NCBI GenBank assembly: GCA_030704615.1 | Contig: CM060734.1 | Coordinates: 28,768,001-28,832,000 of the forward strand | Direction of reading: 5' to 3' | DNA: 64,000 nt | Origin: Takakia lepidozioides | Taxonomy: Eukaryota > Plantae > Bryophyta | Shown here: positions 12,471 through 26,699 of the stretch, in pieces | Position numbering within the stretch: position 1 is the stretch's first letter | Layout: each line of letters opens with the position of its first letter | The notes under the pieces: model-generated | Database searches by the model: none | The model's input: only the letters and a program-made list of their open reading frames with translations | Told to the model about the DNA's origin: nothing | Program-made: the position numbers and the translations under genes

Positions 12471-13712
12471 TAATAGCTAGACAATATGTGTTTCAGATCT
12501 TCTATACTCACACAATCAACAATGCGTCCTAAACACAATCAGCTTTTATGGAGGGTGGAAGCAATAGAAAGTGGAAGCTGAAGAGACAAAACTGATTATT
12601 AAAAAAATTGAAAGATGCAGAGGAAGATGGAAAAACACAATAATTATGACTGAAACCAAGAAAACAACAAAAGACACAATAACCATGACCAAAATCTACA
12701 CAAACAACAAACAAGAAGATGAAAAGCCACACAACAAGCATCAGTGGGAGCTGGAAACAGAAAGGTGGAAGCTCAAAAGTCACTAAGATGTATGCAAATT
12801 ATTGACTACAAACTATTAATTTTGGCTAAAGATTAACTATTAACATACATTAATTATTGAAATTTCAATAACATGTTCAGGAAATTAGAAACTTAACTGC
12901 TGACATTCTTCAAACTCATTCATTACCTGCGCCAAAATCGAAAAAAACAGAACCACATATCATCCCCATGGCTATAAATTTGCCCCAAACTATATAGAAT
13001 CATGCAGAATGCACTTCTGTTGTATGTGTTGTAGACAACTACATACAAACCATTTCTACATACAAACCAGGAACACAGATTATCCGGGCATACCATTGGG
13101 GAGTCAGCTCTGGAAGATGAATCCTAAAATGCTGAAGTTGCAGTGGCATTGTGACTATTATTCTCCTCCTGCACCATCTGAATGCAACTACAGGCATGTT
13201 TTAGATATCTGAGACATAGCACAAAGAGAGCCTATGTGCGTCGGAGGGTGGTTCTCGGATTCGCAGAAAATATCGCTAGGTAGCGAGAGTGTTGCGTCCG
13301 GGGAAAGCCACACTATCGTTCCTATAACTCGGTTGCCCTAGAAACCGAACCCGCTTGCATTTCGCACCATTTTTGGTCGAGCAAAATTGGTGCTGATGGT
13401 GAGTGTGTGTAGACAAGCCTCGCGCGTCATCGGTCACTATTGGATATGGACAGGAGGGTGAGAGAGCTTCCATCTGCGGAACATATCCTCCTCACAAGCT
13501 GAGAGTTGGGGGGCGAAACTATGGCGGTGGAGATGCTTGACGCTGGGGAGATAGTCTTGGTAAAGATAGCCGGTCTGACAAATAAGGAGGAGAGAGAACA
13601 CATAAAGACTAAATAAATAGCGGAACCCTAGCGGATAGTTCATGCCTGCTAAATCTGGCTACGGAAATGGTAGGAGGGCGGAGCTCCACCCAGCGTCGCT
13701 CATCAACACCTA

Positions 13713-16700
13713 CTATGCCTGATGATCAACAATAAACCTAAAGCGATTGCCAAGTAAATAATGCCGAAACTTTTGAACAACATAAATCATTGCCAATGCT
13801 TCCTTTTTCGTGGTGCTATAGTTCTTTTCAGCAGGTGTCAACAGTCTGCTTGCATAATAGATTGGTGAATCTATTGTGTCTGTCACATTCCGAGCCAGAA
13901 TTGCTCCCAGGGCGATGCCTGATGCATCACTGGGTACATGGAATGGTAAATCCCATCTTGGATTGACCAGGATTGGTGTCGTTATGAGTGCCTCTTTCAA
14001 TGAATCAAATGATTCCTGACAATCTAGAGACCGTTGATATTTGGCATCCTTCTTTAGCAGTCTATAGACTGGTGCTGCTCTGTGAGCATACTTGGCCATA
14101 TACCTTCTGTAATAGCTTGTCTGTCCCAAAAATCTTTTGAGTTTCTTTGGATTCTCTGGTGGTGGTATTTTCTGGATATTGTCCGCCTTCTTTGGGTCAA
14201 CCAAAATTCCCTGTTGGCACACAATGTGTCCCAACAATAATCCTGAGTTCACACAAAATGTGCATTTCTCGGGGTTGAGACTTACTCCATTGTCTCTGCA
14301 GGCTTGTAGGCAGAGTTCTAACTATGCCAAGTGTTTGGATTTCTATCCGAAGACGCTAAAATTGTCTAAGAACACCTGTATGAAGTCGTTGAGGTAGCTC
14401 TTGAATATCTCAGATACCACTATTTGAAAAGTGGCAGGTGCGTTGCAAAGTCCAAATGGCATGACTTTGTAAGCGTAGGCTCCCCATTCAGTGATGAATG
14501 TGGTTTTCTCTTGGTCTTCTTCTGCCATCTGCACCTGATTGTACCCACTGAATCCATCCATGAACGAGTACATCTCATGCCCTGTCACTGTGTCCAACAC
14601 TATCTCTGTAAAAGGTAGTGGAAATGGATCTTTCTTGGTTCCTGCATTCAATTTGCGGTAGTCCACACATACACGCAATTTGCCATTCTTCTTGGGCACT
14701 ATTACAATGGGTGATAACCATTGTGGTGTCTCTACTGGGTATATGAATCCCGCATCCAGTAATTTCTTGATTTCTTCCCAAACCTTAGTTGCATAGTTGG
14801 GATTCATTCTGTATCAGTTCTGTCGAACGGTTTGGTGTCAACTTCCAGCTCAATCCGGTGCTGACAGATGTTAGGAGGTATTCCTTTTAGATCCTTCTAG
14901 TTCCAAGCGAATACATCCTTGTATTCGATGAATAGTGCAGTGGATTCTTGTAGAAATGATTCTTCAAGGCCTGCACTTACTCGTACTATCTGTGGTTCTT
15001 CCACTGTTCCCAGATTCACTTGAATCAATTGAGTTTCTTCCGTCACTGTCCATCCTGCAATTTCCTGTCCAATGGTAGCAATTGTGGCAGGTACTTCACT
15101 GATACCAATGTCCTCTTCTCTTTCTTGATAGAAACAAGCGGGGTGTTGCGGTGTGTCCATCGCCTCTTCTTCAGGATCTTCTGTTACTGGAATGCTTGTT
15201 TCTCCTTGAGTATTCACCATGTGGCATCCTACTGTCATGGTATGCTTGACCACTAGTTGACCAGTAGGTTCTAGTTGTGGATGCGCTGCATACACTGTAG
15301 CTTCTTCTTCATCCAACAGTCCACTGGACCAGTCATACTTTTCCACTATGCAAGGTTGTTTCTCTCGTGGAATTGTACCTCGTTGCTTCATGGTAAGAGT
15401 GACTTGTTCTCATCCTTTCTTGATCGTGAGAATCTGACTTCCCCAATCGTGGTGAGATTGGGCTTGTGTTAACCATGGTCTTCCAAGTAGTAACGAATAT
15501 CTTCTGCCACGTCTTCCATTCTGAGAATGGTCACCAATACTTCGTATGCCAGTCCTGCTACTTCCATTGCAAGGCGTCTGATGATACCTAATGGCTGTAC
15601 TTTCCGTTGATCTGCCATTTGTACCGTGAATGGAGCAGGCTCCATATGCCCCAACTCCAGTGACTTCTTCATTCTTTTTGTCATTATATTCACTCCCGAT
15701 CCTCCGTCGATGAGTACATCTGTCACCAGCTTCCGTCCGATACGTACTTGTCTCACCGGTATTGCTTCATCGTAGTGTGGAGCTCGTGGTATAATCGTGG
15801 GTTTAATCGTGTAAACCTCTGGTGCTGGCTTTTGTTTCGGTGTAGGGGTCAAAACCTCAATTGCTCAAAATACAATTTTCAGTAATTGTCCAATGGTGAT
15901 TTGGGTCTTGGTCTGGCATATCACTTCAGCCAATGTTGTCTCCGTGGTTTCATTCGTGGTCTTAGTGGTTGGTCTGATCTGATTATCTGGAGTTGGATCT
16001 CCAGAAGGTATATGGGTTCCTTCTTGCATTTGAGCTATGGGCTTGCTTACCTCTTGGTGTAAGCTCTTTTCTTCCTGCCATGCTGCACTTTCTGGATATT
16101 GTTTCCGGTCTTCTTCGGATTCAGACTCCTTATCTAGAGGTTTCTGTTTCTTGGCCTGAGTTCGGGTTACCGCGAGGGTATCCACTACAGGAGTTACCAC
16201 ACTCGCGGCTATACTCGGTCCGGCTTCCATATTTCCCAATTCTGCCGAGCATACTTGAGTCGCAACCGGCATTCGTGTTTCCAGTGTCCCTCTTTCTTGC
16301 AATAGTGGCATCTCGTGGTTTCTTTGTTTCTGGGTTGATGTTCTCTATCCCCTGGTGGATAGTCTTCTCGTGGCCTCTGGTAACGATTACCTGTATTGTA
16401 TCGTCGTGATCCATCTGATCCTCCCCGTCGAACTTGGACTTGGTGTACCCCCACCTCTCGTGTGTACCCACTCTTCTTGGCCCGTTGATTGTAAATACAA
16501 TGGCTGGTAAATTATTATTAAAAAAAAGAAAAAGAAAAAAAGGCTGGTATTATGGTTGTTCATATGACAAATATCACAGTATTTGTCTTTCATATGGCAT
16601 TCCGTTGCCAGATGTCCTGCAGTTCTGCACTTGTTACACCATGTTGCCTTTCTTGGTCCTTCGTGTTTAAAATTCTTGATAGCCTCTGCTATCTTTTGGT

Positions 16701-17590
16701 CCAAGGTGGTTTTATCAATCACCTTCTTCTTCTTCTGCTTGGGTTTTTCTTCATCATCAGAGTCCTTTTCTTCCAAGGTGTCCTTGGAATCCTTGCTTCT
16801 GCTCTGGTGGATCCCAAGTTCCAATTTTTTTGCAGTCCCTACTGCTTTAGCCAAAGTGTTGTTAGGCATGACTGTAACCATGGTTACATATTCAGGACGA
16901 AGTCCATTGATGAACCATGACTTCTGCAAGTCATCCCCTGGTGCTTGAGTTAACTTCCTGATCAAAGTTTTCATCCTCTCCAGGTAGTCAACTATCAGTT
17001 CATTCTTTTTCTGTCTCAGATTCTGTAATCCTGTGAAGATTTCAGATGTGGATTTGTTGGATCAATACCTTTCTTGAAAGGTTGTTTTCATATCAGCCCA
17101 GGTTGCAAAAATATTGGCTGGGAATGTCGCCAACCATTCAATGCCCTTCTTGGCCAGTGAGCAAGGAAACAACCGGATCTTCTCCTGATCTAATGCTTCA
17201 TTGTAGATGGTGCACATGTTCTCAAATTGATTGAGATGGATATCTGGATCAGATTTCCCATCATACAGGGAAAATGGTGGTCGGGGTTTTGCTTGCTGCC
17301 AGAGCCATTGGTGCTCCTGGTGCAACCGGTGCTGCTGGTTGTCCAAACTGAAATGGTCCAGCTGTTGTTGACGATGTTGGTGTTGGGATTGTCAATACTA
17401 GTGGTCTTGCTGGTGTCTGCCTTCCAAAGAGAGATTCGAAGCTAGGAGGTCATTGTCCCAAGGATAGCCCTCTGCTAGCTGCTGTCCCAACTTAGCTTTG
17501 AGTGTTGTTCTGGTTACTTTTTCTAGAGAAGCGGTTTTGATTCTTTCGCCTTCTTCACTTAAAAGATCCTCAAATTTCTCCTCCAATAAT
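13713..17590 (-). mobile_element. Ty3/gypsy (non-chromovirus, Athila/Tat-like) gag-PR-RT-RH, degenerate, integrase missing
   Basis: gag (YDGKSDPDIHLNQF; three CCHC knuckles), protease VLIDGGSGVN, RT (KKNGKLRVCVDYRKLN, SFMDGFSGYNQ, FLDN), RNase H (SDASGIALGA..DHQA). Many stops and frameshifts. Confidence 0.95.
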
Positions 17591-18459
17591 TCAGCAAAAC
17601 CTCGATTTGGGCTTGTTACAGTGGAAGGTGCTTCTGATCTTTCTTGTGGTAACCATTCGTTGAGGTATTACTCGCAACTCCTTCTGGTGTGGTATTCTCA
17701 GTTTCTGGAGATCTGGTATCCCGATCTTCTGGATTATTAGTGTCAGCTTGTCTCGATGTCTCTCCTTGAAGAATATTAAGATTCAGTAGTTCTGGGATTC
17801 TACTCTCAATCGAGCTTCCCTTTCTGCTGCATATATTTCTAATCTCTCAGTCCTGTCTTGCTTAGCTTTTTCCCGATTTTCTTCATTCATTCCCACATCA
17901 TATATGGAATTCTTTTTAGTACCCTTTCATAAGCCTTTGGTATGTCAGTAAAGAAAATTACAGTGGTCTCTAACCTTTCTTCAAGATTATACCATCCTGC
18001 CAATCCATAGTAATCTTTCCTTACTGATTGATCACCAATCCTTTTAATGGGTACAATAATACCATTTTTCCTTCTCAGTGTATCTGACTTGTAACAAGTC
18101 TTTGGGTATCCAGTACTCTACTTCTTCTATGATCGTATGGCCATATTCATAATTTGAACAGCCTTCTTTGAGGACATAACTAGTGTAGCATACTTTTCTG
18201 ATTGGTAACAGAGTAATCAATAAAGCTAAACGAGAAAGCCAAATCTCACTTACACTCCTACTTTCCCATGGTGCTCGATCAATATTGATTACTCCTCCCT
18301 TCAATCCCCATTTACCATCTTCTTTCGCAATTGAAAGAAAAATCGCGCGTGCTTCTACTAGATGATTATATCAGATGCATCGACGACTTGTTTCTAAGAT
18401 ATGCATAGCATGATAAGCAAGCACGCACGATCGCGCGTGCTCCTTTATAGTTCAATTCC

Positions 18460-18650
18460 ATGCTGAATTTCAGAATTAGACTCAGGGGTGGGATTCAGTC
18501 CTGTGGAGGGGGATATGCCATTACGGATGTCACCATATCAAGGATTAAGCCAACGAGTTAGAGACATTGTTGATGGTCAGGCTTCTAGGGCATTGGTCGG
18601 CGATCAAAATTCTGTTGAAGTGAGTATTGCAGATTATGAGCTGTCCTGAC
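18460..18650 (+). pseudogene. Last exon of upstream cassette gene (homolog of 53774-53930)
   Basis: GVGFSPVEGDMPLRMSP aligns with AQGFTLVEGEEPLIMSP in ORF 53774-54424. Confidence 0.6.
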
Positions 18651-18789
18651 ACTTGTAAAACCCAATTTATAACAAACTTGATAAAACATCATAATCTTTT
18701 ACCAATGGAAATATTAACCTATTGCACAGTGATAGTCTCGTAAATGAATCAAAATTTATACGGAAGTCTAATCAACCGCATTTTCTGTA

Positions 18790-21700
18790 GATCCGTGAGT
18801 CCGATACGGAGGAAGTAACATATACCAGAACAAACGACACACAACAGTGTACAATGAAGAAACAATACGACTTGAGAGTGAGGATATCGTTGCCCAAGGT
18901 GGCAGCTTCAGAAACCGCAGGCGATCGCGCGAGGTTACTTATCGGAGGGGTCGACAAAAACATACCGGACGGCGAAAGACCCATCGCCGGTGGAATTGAC
19001 GGCGAAACCTCACCTGGCTTGGAGCAAGTGCCGCCAAAGCTGGTATTTCATTCTCCGCCTTCTGCTTTCCTTTCTGCATTCCATTGCGAAACAATTCCAA
19101 TGAATTAATAATTATTTCCTAATGGGCAGGATGATATGATCTATCCACCACACGACTGTTCCCAAGCTGTCCAACCCGCGGATTTCTTTGCTCTTCCAAT
19201 GGTTCCAAATGGATGTCAGCCCGGATATTATGTCCTGGTTCTGGATGTCGGGTTCCTATGTGAGGTCTACCTCCAGAATGGGCCAAAAACCCCTCCCGCA
19301 ACTCAGCCTTATATCTCCGTTGGAAGATTTAAGTTAGCAATGCGACATGAGATGGGAGACTTCCTCAAATGGTCGTCAAGAAGTTTTGGGTCATCTTATG
19401 GAACACTGGCAAAGAAGAGACTGTCGTGGATTTCAAATCAGCCTTGTTCGGGAGGAACGCCCACAAGGTCATGCATTACAGTTCCGACCAATGTGTGGAA
19501 CATAGACTTACTTTCAACACATATTGGCCTACGCTACCTAAAGCCCCAATCTACTTCAAACGACTTTACGACTTGTTCGTAGACCCCAACTCTAAAGCCT
19601 ACAGGTCTAACACCCTGCTTATCGACGTCGTTGGGAACATGTACAAGTCTTTCCTCAATCCTCTGAGCCTGGTCATCTTCCTACCTAAATACGAAGCACT
19701 TGTAGATTCATACAAGGATGATTTTTGATGGGTCATCTGAAGCCCCACCTGGAGAAGTTGAAGCATTAAAAAATGGACACTTGGGCCTTCAATGAGCAGA
19801 ACCCTTTTGGAATACCTAAGGATATTTACTTTCAGGATGCTAGAGTGAAATTCATTAATTGCTGGGACTTTCCATGGCCTAAGAACAAGGAGGAATGGGA
19901 TGCACATCTAAAGTACCTAGAGGCCTTGGAAGTGGAACATGAGATATTAAAGTGACTAGTTTTGAGAATGTATTGGGATTCTGAGGTCATTGAGTTCCTT
20001 ATCTGTTCATGGGATTCTTCTTTTCTTGATTTACTTAATTGTCTTTATGACTCCTTCACAGATCCGACAGCCTAGATCTCCACCTTTGAGGGGACCTCGC
20101 TTGATAATTTTTGACGTTAATGGAGTGCTATGCAAAATAACGAAGCGCCAGAGCCCAGGACCTACTCCACGTTTTTCGGAATTTGATTACAGCATTCATG
20201 CTATTGTTGGGTATCGCCAAATCTTTAGACGGAAGATGTACCGGGAAATTTGGCAAGAGTTACACAAGCACTTCGTTTTAGGTATCTGGAGCTGCATGGT
20301 GCTTAAAAACTTAAATGCTATTCTGGATTTTCTCCTACGTGGTCTTCCACGGCCAGCGTTCATCATGTCGCAGGAAGATTGTATCATTTGCCCAAGCAAT
20401 CTGCACCCAAATTACCGAACGGGACAAGATCAACCTCCTGTGTTCTTGAAACCACTCCTTAACGTATGACATAATTCTGAAGGTTTTTACAATCAGAGTA
20501 ACACTCTGCTGATTGATGATACGGCTTTGAAGTGTTTGCTGAACCTTCTTGAATCTTGTCTTGAGAACATTGACGCCGACGATTTCTTCCTTCTCAAACT
20601 TAGAGATTTCTTGCTTAGCTTCTTGAAATTTGAAAACGTCTCAAGCTTCTTAAAAGCAAGGAGAATAGGATTTCCACCTTTGAAAGTTAACGATCCACAG
20701 TTCAAGCCTCTTCTTGACTATATTGACAATTCACAATATCGTGATTTCCGAGTAAATGATAAGTAAATATTCGCGTCCTATTGTGGACGCAGTTTACTAT
20801 TTAAAATTGATTGTGAAGACCATGGAATTTCAGTCTTCTTCTGATATTCTTTTGCTTTGCATGCAAATTGTTATATTGCCAAACCATATGTAACGGTCAA
20901 TGGATTCGTTGTTGCTTTATGTCCGTCGATTTCTTTTCAGACCCACGCGTTCTTCCAACTCAACTTTGTTGACATATATTTCATTTGCAGGTATGCCCAT
21001 ATCAAAATGTTCTCCATGCCACAAATGCATCTCAAATTGGCGAAACAAATATCGTCTGGTATTGTTGATGATGTAGAAATGATCAAGCCAGAAGCTTTCC
21101 AAGGACCTGACAACTTGTTGTCTACTCAGGCATCCATTGCTGTTATGGAAAGTGTTTCGAGGCCCAAAATGTCAAAAGGTGAATCCACAGTTAGCAGGGT
21201 CGATGATTTAACTGGGGTTGGCTGCGTAGTGGAGAGCGACTCTCAATATTTTGGGGAATCCTCCTTGGAGCCGTCCTTCTCCCAACACTTTCCACCAGAC
21301 GTCGTCACGGGGGATCTACATGAGTCTACCGAACAATTGGTTGCAACTATCGCTCAACTGCCTCCTCATCATGTCGTAATTCCAAGCGAGTCACCGGATC
21401 ACGAGGGCTGGACACCTTAGCTGCTGATAAGTCAGGTGATTTATTTCTATTTCATCCATGCGTTTTATTGTTACCGTGTTTCTGTTCATCCTCTGATTTT
21501 CTCTCTTTACTCCAGGCCAGAAAAGCTGCAACGTATGACCTTCCTGTGAAGCGGCAACTTCTGTGGGGTTGTATTCCAAGGTAATCTTTTTTTTTCCGTT
21601 TGAATTCGGTTCAGGATGTGCAGAAAGAAAGAAACCGAATTCCATTGCCAACCGTCAGCGAGAAGGTTATTGAACTCACTCATTTGCCGATTGAGGTCAG

Positions 21701-22930
21701 CACACTGACAAGACCGGCAAATATTTCTGCACATCCCCAACCCCCCAGAATTCTGGATGGTCATGTGTCAAGGAAACGTCGCAGATCACAGCAGTCAGCG
21801 GCGGTCGTGTCCGACGATGAAAAAACAGCATCTGGCGTTCTGTTATCTCTTCAACATTCATCTGCCTCCAGTGGTAACCCGCCTCGAAATCAGAGGGTAA
21901 ATCTAGCAAAGGTAATAAGTATCTCCTTCACTTGGTCCTCTGTCTTATTGGTTATGGCTTCTTAGTAATCATTACATATATCATTTACATTGTCGACACA
22001 ACTTTCACAAAGTATCCTCGCGCGATCGCACGTGGTTGCAGGAAACACAGAGGCTACCGATTGTGATTTTTTGTCTCAAGTCTCAATTGGATGTTGTAAT
22101 GCTGAAAATATTACCTTAGCAAAATATTCCATTTGAAAATCAGGGTATAGAAACGAGGTAAACCACAAAACGCAAGTATGTCGTGGCATTTTTTGAGTTA
22201 CAAAATGTATTGGAAATACCTCATTTTTGGGTCAGATAACAGAAACTAATGGGCTCTTTTGGATGGTTCAGAACGTTGTTACTTAAGAAATGTGTGGTGT
22301 CCGGAAACACAAACGCATGTTGCTGGTACTGAGTGTCAATGGACTTCTTTGCTACATGCCACCTTCTACCGGAGGTGAGTTGTTTAAACAGAGGTTCCAC
22401 TTGAGGAAAGTAACAATTTGGGTACCCCGCAAGACCATTTGTAGTTCCAAGACCTGGAGTGCTGGAGTTTCTTCGACTTTCATTGATTCATTTTCATGTA
22501 GCGATTTGGTCTGGCTCTGAGAGGGATACTGTATTCAAGATGTTGGAGTGTTTCGTTCCTCCGGAAATTATGAAACAATTTCGTTTTATATGGTCTGCCG
22601 AGCATTGCACAGATACAGCTGGACATATTAAGCCTGGAATGAAATATCTTATTAAAGATATTAAGAGTATTCTCGTAAAATTTAGTGCGAAAGAATTTGC
22701 TTGGCAGGGGCAAATTCTACTGGTCGACGATGACCCTTCCAAGGCACTCCGAAACCCAGTGAATACTGGAGTCTTCCCCATCACATTCAAGGAATCAAGC
22801 AATTTGGAGGATTTGGTTGACCTCATCAAAGCTTTGTGGCCTTTTCACTCTGGCTTGACTGGAGCCCAGTCTGTTGTTGATTACGTCGGCAAGAACTCCT
22901 GCAAATCTTCCTGCCCTCCGATAGGTTGAA
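18790..22930 (+). pseudogene. Multi-exon gene with three FCP1/NIF-like HAD domains (cassette copy 1)
   Basis: Domain 1 ~19130-19950 (YVLVLDVGFL..ILWNT..NTLLIDV). Domain 2 ~20062-20760 (RLIIFDVNGVL..GIWS..SQEDC..FLKPL..TLLIDD..K..LN). Domain 3 ~22290-22929 (MLLVLSVNGLL..PRPGVLEFL..VAIWS..LLVDDDPSKALRNP). Frameshifts and stops; GT-AG introns. Confidence 0.8.
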
Positions 22931-24559
22931 ATCTTGTCTACTGGTCTTGGTTTGGAAGATTTATTGATGCTTCTGTTTGGCATCCCCCTCAAAAAAATCC
23001 CGATTATCTGGGTACGTAGTTTATCATTGCTCTATTTTGTGTGTAGTCCATCAGCTTTACTTCAACCTGCATTTGTACTTTTTCGTTTGTTGATTTCACA
23101 TGACTTTTGTGAGATCAATGATATTTCAATGATCTTTGTATTTTCTTTAACAATTCCCTTCTGTGCTGCCTCCACTATTCCAGTGACCAAATTCGACAGG
23201 AAAAGAAAGAGGAACGGCAGCGTAAGGCTGAGCGGAGGGACCGCGAGGCTTTACGTTTGTCAAGGTCATCAAGTACAGCTACCAGTGAGGTGTCTGGTCA
23301 TATCTTACATCAATCTCCTACTGTATCCATTTCCTCGGGTGCACATAATTCCGCCATCAGTGGTAACCGACGGCAATCTCGAACATATGCATTGAGTGTG
23401 AGCCGTTTGGGAAGCAACTCTGTGTTATTGATGAATTAAACTATGGCCGGCCTGTTCATTACACACATACGTTATTGAACTCTGCCAATGTTATGCCAGA
23501 TCCTTTCTGCTGTAATGTTAGTCATCGAAGTTTGAGAGAAATCACGCGTGATCGCGCGTGGTTTCTTCATATATTCTCTTGTGGAGCTATCATGGATTAG
23601 CAGTGCTATCAGATGTTATCAAAACAAGTTGACTTCATTGTCAGTTTAAGCAATAACAGATCAGGCTGGAGGCTGGAGGAGGTTGGAGGAGAAGAAATTT
23701 TCCAATGTTTTCATATTACGATGGGGAACAAGTGACACGATCATCGTCTATGACTGAATTCGGGTTCCTATCTCGTAATTCAAGCTCCCACGATGGTCGT
23801 CTCATTTGTTCCTGAGCGGATTGTGAAGCTCTGTTAAAATCTCTCTTCAAATGGATTGAAGTAATTTTGGCGGCTTCGAAATTCCTTCCCTGTCCAACTG
23901 ATGGCCACCCTGTGGTTGATTGAAATCTGGATGCATTCGGCTCGTTGTGGTTCTCAATGGCGGTAGAGGCAGAGATCTGTTGCGTGATCACTCGTGGTTC
24001 GAAAAGCGGACTTCAGCATCGTCCTGGTTCTCCAGCCGACTGCCAAAGTGTTATATTACCTCAACAGTGCAACATGTGATTGGTCAGAGTGATGTTTTTT
24101 CTATGCTCACGAATTCAACAACGAAAATGCTGTCATTTGAAGATGTGATGATTCTGCAGGCGTAGGGAGTTACTTCATGTCAGTTACAGCGAGGGAACTC
24201 AAGGTATTCGGATAATCCGTCCCGGAATATTTCACACCATCATCCTGGATGATTCATTGATGTGTTTTAGAACACGCACTCAAATCATCGAGGCTGATGG
24301 TGTCACTTGTTCCCTGGCGGATTGTTCAAGTATCTTATAATCCTAGTCTTTAAGTTGTTTGAAGTCATTCTCCCTGCTTGCATAATCCGATCTCCAACAA
24401 TTGACAGCATCCTCGTGGTGTTTTATTTGGTTCCTATATCCTTCGTTTGGAGATCCATTATTCTTTTGAGGAACACCAACGATTAACATCGCGCGATCAC
24501 GCGTGCTTTTCTAAGAGCTGACATGTTCTGATGTCCATCATTGCACACCAAAATGGTGT

Positions 24560-25400
24560 TACAAGGAGGCAGAATGTCAGCAATTGAACGTCAATCTCCA
24601 GCGACATTCTCGCCATTTTCATGTGGACTGGACGCCAAAGGAGGAACACCGTCGCTAACAATCTGTGCAAACAATCTCAACAATCATATATACTTCAAGG
24701 TGTTTGATACTGCGTATGTTCATGTAGCTGATTTCTATATGAGTCTTTTTGCTATTCTCATTCCAACAACATTAGGTCCACTGAGACTGCCATATTCCGA
24801 AATCGGAATCAGGCACCACCTACATGAAACCATCAGCTAAGAATGAAATCTCCAGTTCATTCAATCACAGCCCGGAGAAATATCTCAAGCTGCTAGCCAA
24901 CTACTTGTGGGCTAGGGTGTTTATCTGGAGTCGCATACAATGAATCAAAGATCTAGTTGTCAGCTGACATGCAGCTGATGGTTTTATATTGATCAATGAT
25001 GGTGGGCCGTGGCTGATACGGGAGTCTGAATATGACAGTATCTGGGGACCTGATACAGTTCGCATGAGAATAGCAAAACGACTACTATACAATTCAGCTA
25101 CAGGAACAACAATAGCATCAAACACCTAGCAGTAAATATAATTTTTGACATTGCTTGTGACAGCTCCAATCAATAGTTAGTTGAAGATTATTTAGTTGGT
25201 GATCAATTTATGAGTGCTTTACAGTAAATCGTCAGAAGTACCACAGCCCGTCACAGATGAACCTCGACTGGTTACCCGACACTATTTCCTTGAAGATTTT
25301 GCAGAAAACGTCACTCTCTCCATCAACGTACTCGCCACCGAGCCACTCTCCAGAAGCATACGAGCAACATACTTACTCCCCAATTGGATACTTTCAGCAT
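24560..25400 (-). pseudogene. Possible Ulp1/C48 protease-like remnant
   Basis: Ordered motifs WLGGEYVDGE..FCKIF..FICDGLWYF, DAIVVPV..SRFAIL..ILSYSDS, and VPPLASSPHENG mimic the Ulp1 motif order. Catalytic His/Cys positions are not conserved. Confidence 0.35.
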
Positions 25401-26096
25401 CTTACTCCAGGGTCAGTTACTTGGACATTATGTTTTGAAGAGCATACGAGTAATTCATCATCTTCGCGATTCATTGAAAGTCTGCAAGACCACCAATTCT
25501 TCGAGAAGTACAGCTGAACTTCGGTTGCACAAGACATTGTTGGTTAGCGTAATATTGGAGGATATTTTTTGTGAGGTCATCACCATATCAACGATTCTCG
25601 AGATCAGCATTTCATGTACTTCTTCCATTAACCTTCGGAACAACGGAAGAATACAGATTTGAAAATGGTCCCTCTAACCTTGTCAAAATATCGTGATTTT
25701 GGGAAATGACTTTCCTCAAAATATTCTCATCATAAGTACGTCGGCCGACATCGTCTTGTGCTAACGGAGTTCAGCCCTCCTTCTAGAAGTTGATACTCTC
25801 ATTGACATGGTTTACGTTACTTATATTGGTCCATGCCGCATGGGGCGAGACTTACTCAAATTGACATGGTTCTGAAATAAAACCTGGTTGTTTATCATCA
25901 ATGTCTCCCCGTTGTCTTTCATTTCATTTCATGGTATTGTGCCATTGTGCCATGTTTTGCTTACATATTTGATTGATTTGTCTTGTACGTTACATAGTAA
26001 CGGCCTTCATAATCTCAGTCGCGGTTACAAATATGACTGGTGCTCCAATCATCCATCAGGCCGTGGATCATGAGACGAGTTATCACCCGACACCCG

Positions 26097-26320
26097 TTTT
26101 TTTAATTTATTTTTTAATGTAATGGAAACACCTGGGAGCGACAGCTCACAAATCAGGCCCCCTTAATAGTATAACCTCTTTCACAGTAACCCCGCCATGT
26201 GGCGTTGGAATGGGACACCACCCAGGAACATACCACACTCGTCAGTAGCAAGATTTGACCCCATCATCATCTTGGTGGCACTCAGTGCACTTCACCGACT
26301 GAGCTACTGACTGTTGGTAT
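26097..26320 (-). mobile_element. tRNA-derived SINE
   Basis: Minus strand GTAGCTCAGTCGGT (A box) ... GGGGTCAAATC (B-box-like), short body, A-rich tail AAAAAATAAATTAAAAAAA. Confidence 0.7.
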
Positions 26321-26699
26321 CTCATTCAACTCTTACTAAACGTCAAGTGAACAGTGGAACTTGCTTTATGAGCCAAATAAAAACTGTTTTTTCTCCTGAA
26401 GTTTACATATAATGTTTCTTTATTGCTCATATTATATATTAATAGACAAACAATTATTTATATCTTTATATTTATATTTAAAATGATCCATTTAAATTCA
26501 TTTAAATGATTTAAAAAATACATATTCAGATATTTCTCCTTATTTCTGGACCAAGCTTTAGTCCAGATTTACTTAAAATTGTGTTATCTGTTTTCAAAAC
26601 CATTCTGTTTTTTTTTTAAAAGAAAATTACCTCAACAATAGTTTTTGAGGGAGGTGAACAGTTGAAATCTTAATATGATTTAAAGGGCCTCCGTCCTTA

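Noticed and set aside
13197-13708. Possible solo LTR (TG..CA) beside the gypsy RNase H
   Set aside because: No TSD or second copy. An internal ..GAGCA-AAAT-TGGTGCT could be an LTR/PBS junction of another element, but this is unresolved.
26240-26320. tRNA gene
   Set aside because: A/B boxes only, no convincing cloverleaf, A-rich tail present: SINE.
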